Shown one piece after another: positions 8,396 through 14,067 of a stretch of DNA of 14,067 bases; positions within the stretch are counted from its first letter, which is position 1, and each line of letters starts with the position of its first letter. Position numbers and translations under genes: made by a program. The notes beneath the pieces are model-generated. The model worked only from the letters and a program-made list of their open reading frames with translations. It did not search any database and was not told where the DNA came from. This DNA is from Octopus sinensis. Taxonomy: Eukaryota. The stretch is from assembly GCF_006345805.1 (NCBI RefSeq), contig NW_021825899.1, positions 1 to 14,067 on the forward strand, written 5' to 3'.

Positions 8396-11300
8396 TCATA
8401 GGATTATGCTCAAGCTGGCTTCGTCATTCATACGTGCCACTCTTGCTACATTCACCCATCTTTTTTTAAAACATTCGCTAGACAAAACTTGCCTCTCTAC
8501 TCTCACTTTCCTTTTCAAGTGGTACTTGAAGAAGTTGATGAGAGATTGACCAGAGAGGAAAGTGTTTGTCTCCAATCCTTTCAGACGCGTCCACCAGATA
8601 CATTCTTTCGCCATAGCCACAAGGATGATGAAAATAGCACTTCCTTCCCGTTTGAAGGAAGGAGGCGTGACAATATTGACGATAGACTCAGCTGATAAAC
8701 CGACTCGTCCCACACGTGACAGCAGTTGTTCGACATAAGCCCACAGGTGGGAAATTGTTGGACACTGAACGAGTGCGTGCAGAACGGTTCGTCGCTCTGA
8801 CCGCATCTCGGGCAGGTCGGCCCCGTGTTTCTCGAGCCGTGTCTGTAGAGCTTATCCCGAACGGGTAGCGCTTCTCGGTAGCACTGCCAGGCCAGGGATC
8901 TCTGGAAGTTGTCCATGGGCCCTGGCTCGAAAGTCGTCCTGAACAGGCGGGTCAGGTATTCCTCGTCGACGTCCAGGTTCGCCCCGAGCTCGTCGTCGTA
9001 CCTCCCCTCCACTAAACCCCTATAGAATGCTTTGGTTGTGTTGAAGTCACTTAAGGTCGAGAGCAACGCGATACTCGCGGTGCCATTCGCCCTTCCTCGG
9101 TCTCTTTTTGATCCACGACTGCAGTTCGGTCATGGAGACGAGCTGCGGAAAGCGTGCCTCACAACGGCGACCACACCTGTTCACCGTCACCTACATAGCC
9201 AGAGATATCGCAGTCTCAGCGCGTATCTGCGCATCATCAACCGGCATGCCCAGCCCTCCTTTTAACGGGTGTTGACAGCAAATGGATCGCCCTGACCATC
9301 GGGACGCATCCTTTCCACAAGAAGCGAAAGAGAATGCGTTGTAGTTTGGTGATTGTAGGGTCGGGACAAGGTACGACGGTCAGGCGGTAGTAGATGACGG
9401 ACGCGATGTACGTGTTCGCCACCTCCGCTCGACCTTTTAGGGACAGTTTCCTCTCGGCCCATTGCCGGGCGAGAGTGACCACCCTACTCGTTATATCGTT
9501 CCAGTTCTTCTCCACTTGGAGGTCCGGACCAAACCAGACCCCGAGCAACTCAACCGGGCCGTCGGTCCAGCGTCCCACGACGGAGGCGCTGGTGGACGGC
9601 ATGGGCTTGCTTCTCCAGGTGCCTAGTCGCAAGCCCACTGACTTTCCCCGGTGATTTTCGCTCCTGTCACCGCTTCGTAGTTTTTCAGTGTCTCGCCGAC
9701 CAGCTCGATGTGCTCGTGGCTAGACACTATGACGGTGACGTCGTCCGCGTATGCAGACACGCTCGTCCCGCATCCCAATTCTCGCGGGATGCCCCTCAGA
9801 GTCGCCAGCTTCCGCAGTAGTGGCTCAAGAGTCAATACGTATAGAAGCGCCGAGAGGGGGCATCCCTGACGGACCGAACGTGCAATGTCGAAAGGTCTCG
9901 ATAGATGTCCATTTACGCGAATTACCGAACGGATGCCTCTGTACAAGGCAGCTATCATCCAGCCGCGGAAGACGGGACCGAAACCAGCCGCTCTCAGGAC
10001 TGCCTCCAAGTATCGATGGTCTACCCTATCAAAGGCTTTCGATTGATCCAAGTTGATCAGGGCCCCACCCATGCCAGGTTCGTTAACTACCCTGTCTATG
10101 ATGTAGCGCATCAGATGGAGGTTGCCATGGATGGTCCGGCCTGGCACGGCGCACGTTTGCGCCTTGTCGACCAGTTTCTCGATGACAAGCGCCAACCTCT
10201 TGGCTAGCACCTTGGCCAAAATTTTCAAGTCTGCATTAAGCAGAGTGATGGGCCTAAAGTTATCTATTACATTTCCCTGTTTAGATCTTTCTTCAGCAGT
10301 GTTACGGCTCCTCGGCTCACAAAACCAGGAATGCTCCCGTTTGTGCTGCCAGTTGCAGTACAACCGCCGCCAAGAGATCTCCAAACAAGTCTGGCATACA
10401 ATTGTTAAAGCTCTAGGTAGACCATCCAAACCCGTGATTTGTCCCTCGAGCATTCGCATCGCTTCCTGCACTTCCTGCACTTCCGCCGCCGTGATGGCAC
10501 CTTCGCAGCACCCTGCCTTTCTTGTCGAGAGTCGTGGTAGGCTATGTAGGTAGGCACTGAAGTCCACCCTACGTTCTTGCCCTCCACTCGTTCCGAACAG
10601 TCGGGGCAAAATGCTGCTGAAAGGCCTCACACATTTTACTTGGCTCGAGCAATTCGCGCCCCTGTTCATCTACCAGGGACCGAATGGTGGCTTTGGTTGC
10701 CCTGTTGCGCCTCTGCCACCCTGGCCTCTCTATCGCGGCTCCAACACCTTCGTTCCTTAGAGCACTCATCCTAGCTCTGACAGCACATCCTTCGTGTTTG
10801 GCGTTGAAGTGTTGGTCGAGGCCAACCTCGCCGCCAAAACGTCGGATGCGATGCCGCTTCTAATTGCCTCTTCTAGCTTCTTAACTAGCTCACCCTCTAC
10901 TCTATTTCTATCTATGGCTAGTGCTTTGCTGTACCTAATCGCTTCTGCTTTTACTGCTCTCTTGAGGGCAAACCACCATTTGTTGTGATGATGGCTCCCG
11001 TCAAAGCCCTTTTTACTAGTGTGCTAATCCGGTCTCTGAAAACCTGTCTCGATGGGAAAGACGCGTTTAGTTTCAGTATCCGGGACCCTGCCTAAGTGTC
11101 TTACCTAAGTCTAGCGTACATGTCACAAGTTTGTGATCCGTGTAGCTGACTATGTGGAATTGTGGACATCCTATGCTATCTCTATCTACTGTCCTACACA
11201 GTATCCTATCTAGATACGATCTCGCTCGACGACCGATGCGGTTGCTCCATGTCCACGTTGGCGCATTCGGGTGGTCTAGTCGGAACCTGTCAGACAGTTG

Positions 11301-11815
11301 AAAGCGTCTGAGCAGGTCTCTGAGGCATTTGCATCCCGTCTATTCCTATCTCTACCCACGTAGTCTACATGCGTGTCCAAGGTAGCATTCAATCCCCCAC
11401 TAAGAGTAAAGGACGAGACGTTCCCAAGAATACTTCTAGACGTTGAAAGAAATCCGCCCGACCTGTTAAGGGCGGTGCGTAAACTGATACGAGTCGAAAA
11501 GCGCACCCATTGCTGCCGTCGACAATCCAGGACGACCAGTCTACCCTCCGGGTCTACGAATATTGTCCTTACTTTGAGATCCAGACTCTTGTGAAAAAGT
11601 ACCGCGGTGCCACTACCGCCCATTCTCGGCAGACAGGGGGAAAAATAAATGTTGAACTGTCCGCCAAACATGGTCTTTAGGGCCCGCGGATTGTGGAGTC
11701 TGGTCTCACTTATGGCTATGATTTCTAACTTATGTGACTTTATGTCATTTAAGGGGTACCCTTGTTTCCAAGGGGACCCCAAGCCACGCGCATTTACACA
11801 ACCAATCTTGATCAT
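8396..11815 (-). pseudogene. Retrotransposon ORF2 (APE endonuclease, reverse transcriptase, C-terminal zinc-binding motif), frameshifted
   Basis: EN motifs: MIKIGCVNARGL, AISETRL, VYAP, GD(W)N, SYLDRI, TDH, GY(W)KLN. RT motifs: NFRPITLLNADLKILAKVLAKRL, LDQSKAFDRVDH, VRQGCPLS (~9851-9868), YADD (9740-9751), LGVWF, LSLKGR. C-terminal REALPVRDKL and CX2CX8HX4C (8762-8814, broken by a 1-nt deletion). Spread over several ORF-track pieces. Confidence 0.93.
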
Positions 11816-11849
11816 AGTTCTAATGAATTAGAATACAGAGGGTTACTTA

Positions 11850-13778
11850 CTGCTCGAAAGTTTTTGCTTTCCTCCGTTGGTTTGTCCTCGAAAGATCCCA
11901 GTCACAGTTTCTTTGTGAGATATTTTTGGCATTTACCAACGCACTGGGGAAAATGCCTTTGAGTGTGTGGTGCAGACTTTTGGAGATGTGTAATATTTTG
12001 ATGTGGTCTGGTGGTGTTTGTATGGGTGATTGTTTGTTTTATGTCATCTTCTGTTATGTTTGTTTTTGATTGGATGTATTCCATCAAATTTTGTGTTTTT
12101 GGTGTCTATGGCTGTGAGCATGTTTGCTGTATAGTTTTTGTGGTGTTGGTGTGGCTGTTGTTTGCGTTGGGTTTTGAAATGTCTTCGGGAGATGTATTTC
12201 CCCCTGCTTTGTTCGTGTTTGCATTTGGTTGGTTGGTGTTTCTGCTCTTTATTTTTTCTTCTTTTTGTAGCTATTTGCCATTCCTCACTGGTTTCGTCTT
12301 CCGACGAAATTTCTGAGGAATCAGAAGGGGTAGGGGTATGTTGTGGGCTTCTATGTATGTCTGTGTAAGTGGTTGTGTTGTTGTTTTCGTTGTTGTTGGT
12401 TGTTGAGTGTTTGTGTGTGTTGAGTGCGGTATAAGGGATGGGGGATCAGTTTTTGTGTGTTTTCTTTGTTTTTCTGTTCCTTTGGGTTTTGCTGTTGTTC
12501 TTGTGGTGATGATTCTGTTCTGGCGCTGGGTGTTGGTGTTTGGTTGGTTGGGTTGGCTTGTTCTTTGTTGTTGTTTTCCTGCATTTCCGCATACAGCTTC
12601 TTGACTAGCTGTCCATATTGTGGTGTGGGCATAATCCTGGCTTTTGTGATTTTTCCTGTGGCTGTTGTTGTTGTTGTAATTTGGCGGCAGATTTGCACTC
12701 CTTTTTGAGGTGTGCCTCACTGCCACATGTATAGCATCGTGGCCTTCTGCCCTCGACTACTACGTATAACTTGCGGCCATCCTCAAGATGTACGTGGGTG
12801 GGGATTTTATTTATGTCCTCTTGACTTATGTGGAAGAGGAACCTATTCTCTTTCCCAGCCAGTCTTGTTTTCCGAAACACCGATATCTAGGATGTTTAAG
12901 TCCTCCATTTCGGATGTTAAGCGGATGTTATCCACAGTGTTGTAGTCACTTGGGGGACACCACTGATAATGACTTTCGTCACCTTCTGGCCGAGGTAACT
13001 CGGTGTCAACGTTAGTTTCATCAGAATGAAGGGTTATCGTTGAGATTTCTTCGCCAACTCTTCATTCTGAAAACCCACCTGTACGTGTGCGAACTTGTTC
13101 GCCCAAGTCAACAATCCTTGTATCCCCAGATGGGGCGTAAGCACTTTTCGACTTTGTCTGTGCTTGCCTTTTCTGGACTTTTGTTTTTTTATTTGTGATT
13201 TTATATACAATTGTCTTTTTTTTCTCCTCATTCAGTATGTGCTGAGGTATGTGTAAGAGTATTTTTTCCGTTTTTCATTTGTAATAAGGTTTCTCTGCAA
13301 TCTTTAATCTGTTGTGTAGTAAACGAAACTTTTGTTACCTTTTCTTTTATCGCCTCGGCGAAGTTTGTTGTTGTTTTGTTATTGTTGTTACTACTGCCGG
13401 TGGTGTTGGTGTTGATGGCAGGGGTGTGGGTTGTAGGTTTGTGGTTGCTGATTATGCAACTAGCAAGGGGTGGAAAATTGCCTGCGTAATTTAGTCCTGC
13501 ATTAGCCCAATTTCGTCGCATTTCGTTTGCTTGTCGTCGTTATTTTTCACTTGTTGGTGATGGAGTGAGCAGTGGTTGAAGGGAATGTTGTTGTCGTCGT
13601 CGTTGTTGTTGTTGTTGGTTGTTGTTGTTGTTATTGTCGTTCTTGGTGACGGCGGTGTGTTAGTAGTATTAGTAGCATTGACGGCACGGTCTTTGGTGGC
13701 GGTTGATGGTGGTGTTGGTATTGTATTGGTGGCGATGTCTTTAGTAGGGATAGTAGTTTTAGTAGCAGATTCTGCCAT
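11850..13778 (-). pseudogene. Retrotransposon ORF1 (gag-like, one CCHC zinc knuckle), frameshifted; end points approximate
   Basis: VVVEGRRPRCYTCGSEAHLKKEC contains CX2CX4HX4C (12695-12736). Upstream are TPSYLGQKVTKVIISGVP and NFAEAIK; downstream are an acidic/basic SSEDETSEEWQIATKRRK segment and Q/N/T-rich linkers. Candidate ATG at 13778. Confidence 0.75.
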
Positions 13779-14051
13779 GGTGTTGTTGTCGGTGTTGGGT
13801 GGTGGACTTACTGATGGTGTTGACGGTGCTTGGCCTTGCGACTTTGTTTTGTATTTGTTGCTGTTGTCGATGTTGATTGGTGGAGGTGGTGGTGTTGTTG
13901 TCAGGTTCAGCGTATGCTAACAGAGCATCCTGTTTTTTCTGTCCTGCGTCACGCTTGACTGCACTCAGCCTCGTGGTGACCAGTGGCCTTTTGGAAATAA
14001 AATGGCTAAATGAACCACGAAGGCTATGAGAATTTTTTCTTTTAATTTTGG

Positions 14052-14067
14052 GCCCACAAGGGGCAAA
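14052..14067 (-). mobile_element. Possible tail end of another SINE copy at the window edge
   Basis: GCCCACAAGGGGCAAA resembles CCCACAAGGGGCTAAA at 2053-2068; only 16 nt visible. Confidence 0.35.

Larger units (their letters stand above)
8016..13930 (-). mobile_element. Near full-length non-LTR retrotransposon, L1 group, probably Tx1 clade; 5' boundary uncertain
   Basis: ORF1 with gag-type knuckle upstream of an APE-RT-CCHC ORF2, then a pyrimidine-rich 3' UTR ending AATAAAGAAA (AATAAA at 8020-8025 on minus). Clade call rests on domain order and motif style, not a phylogeny. Confidence 0.9.

Noticed and set aside
8322-12604. Plus-strand ORFs antisense to ORF1/ORF2
   Set aside because: Shadow ORFs of the GC-richer coding strand with no independent motifs.
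13930-14067. Target-site duplication for the LINE
   Set aside because: No copy of the 3' flank (ATATCTATCTATCGACC on minus) is found near the 5' side, so the 5' boundary stays undefined.

Overview
Repeat-dense eukaryotic DNA with no recognisable host exon. The short repeats match my recollection of abundant octopus repeats, so a cephalopod origin is an inference, not a database result. The right half (about 8016-13930, minus strand) is a near full-length, frameshifted L1/Tx1-type non-LTR retrotransposon: an ORF1 with a CCHC knuckle, an ORF2 with APE endonuclease, RT and a C-terminal CCHC, and a ~380-nt 3' UTR ending in AATAAAGAAA. The left half holds several tRNA-like SINE copies (a tandem cluster at ~961-1678, an inverted copy at 2041-2271, a related element at ~5880-6102), a MITE with 53-bp TIRs, and many micro/minisatellites that generate most of the spurious ORFs. 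The best observation is that the last 42 nt of the LINE 3' UTR align without gaps to the 3' tail of three SINE copies in the same window (32-35/42 identical, ending at the same point). This suggests a SINE mobilised by a Tx1/L1-clade LINE through a shared tail, while the same SINE core also occurs here with two other tails.
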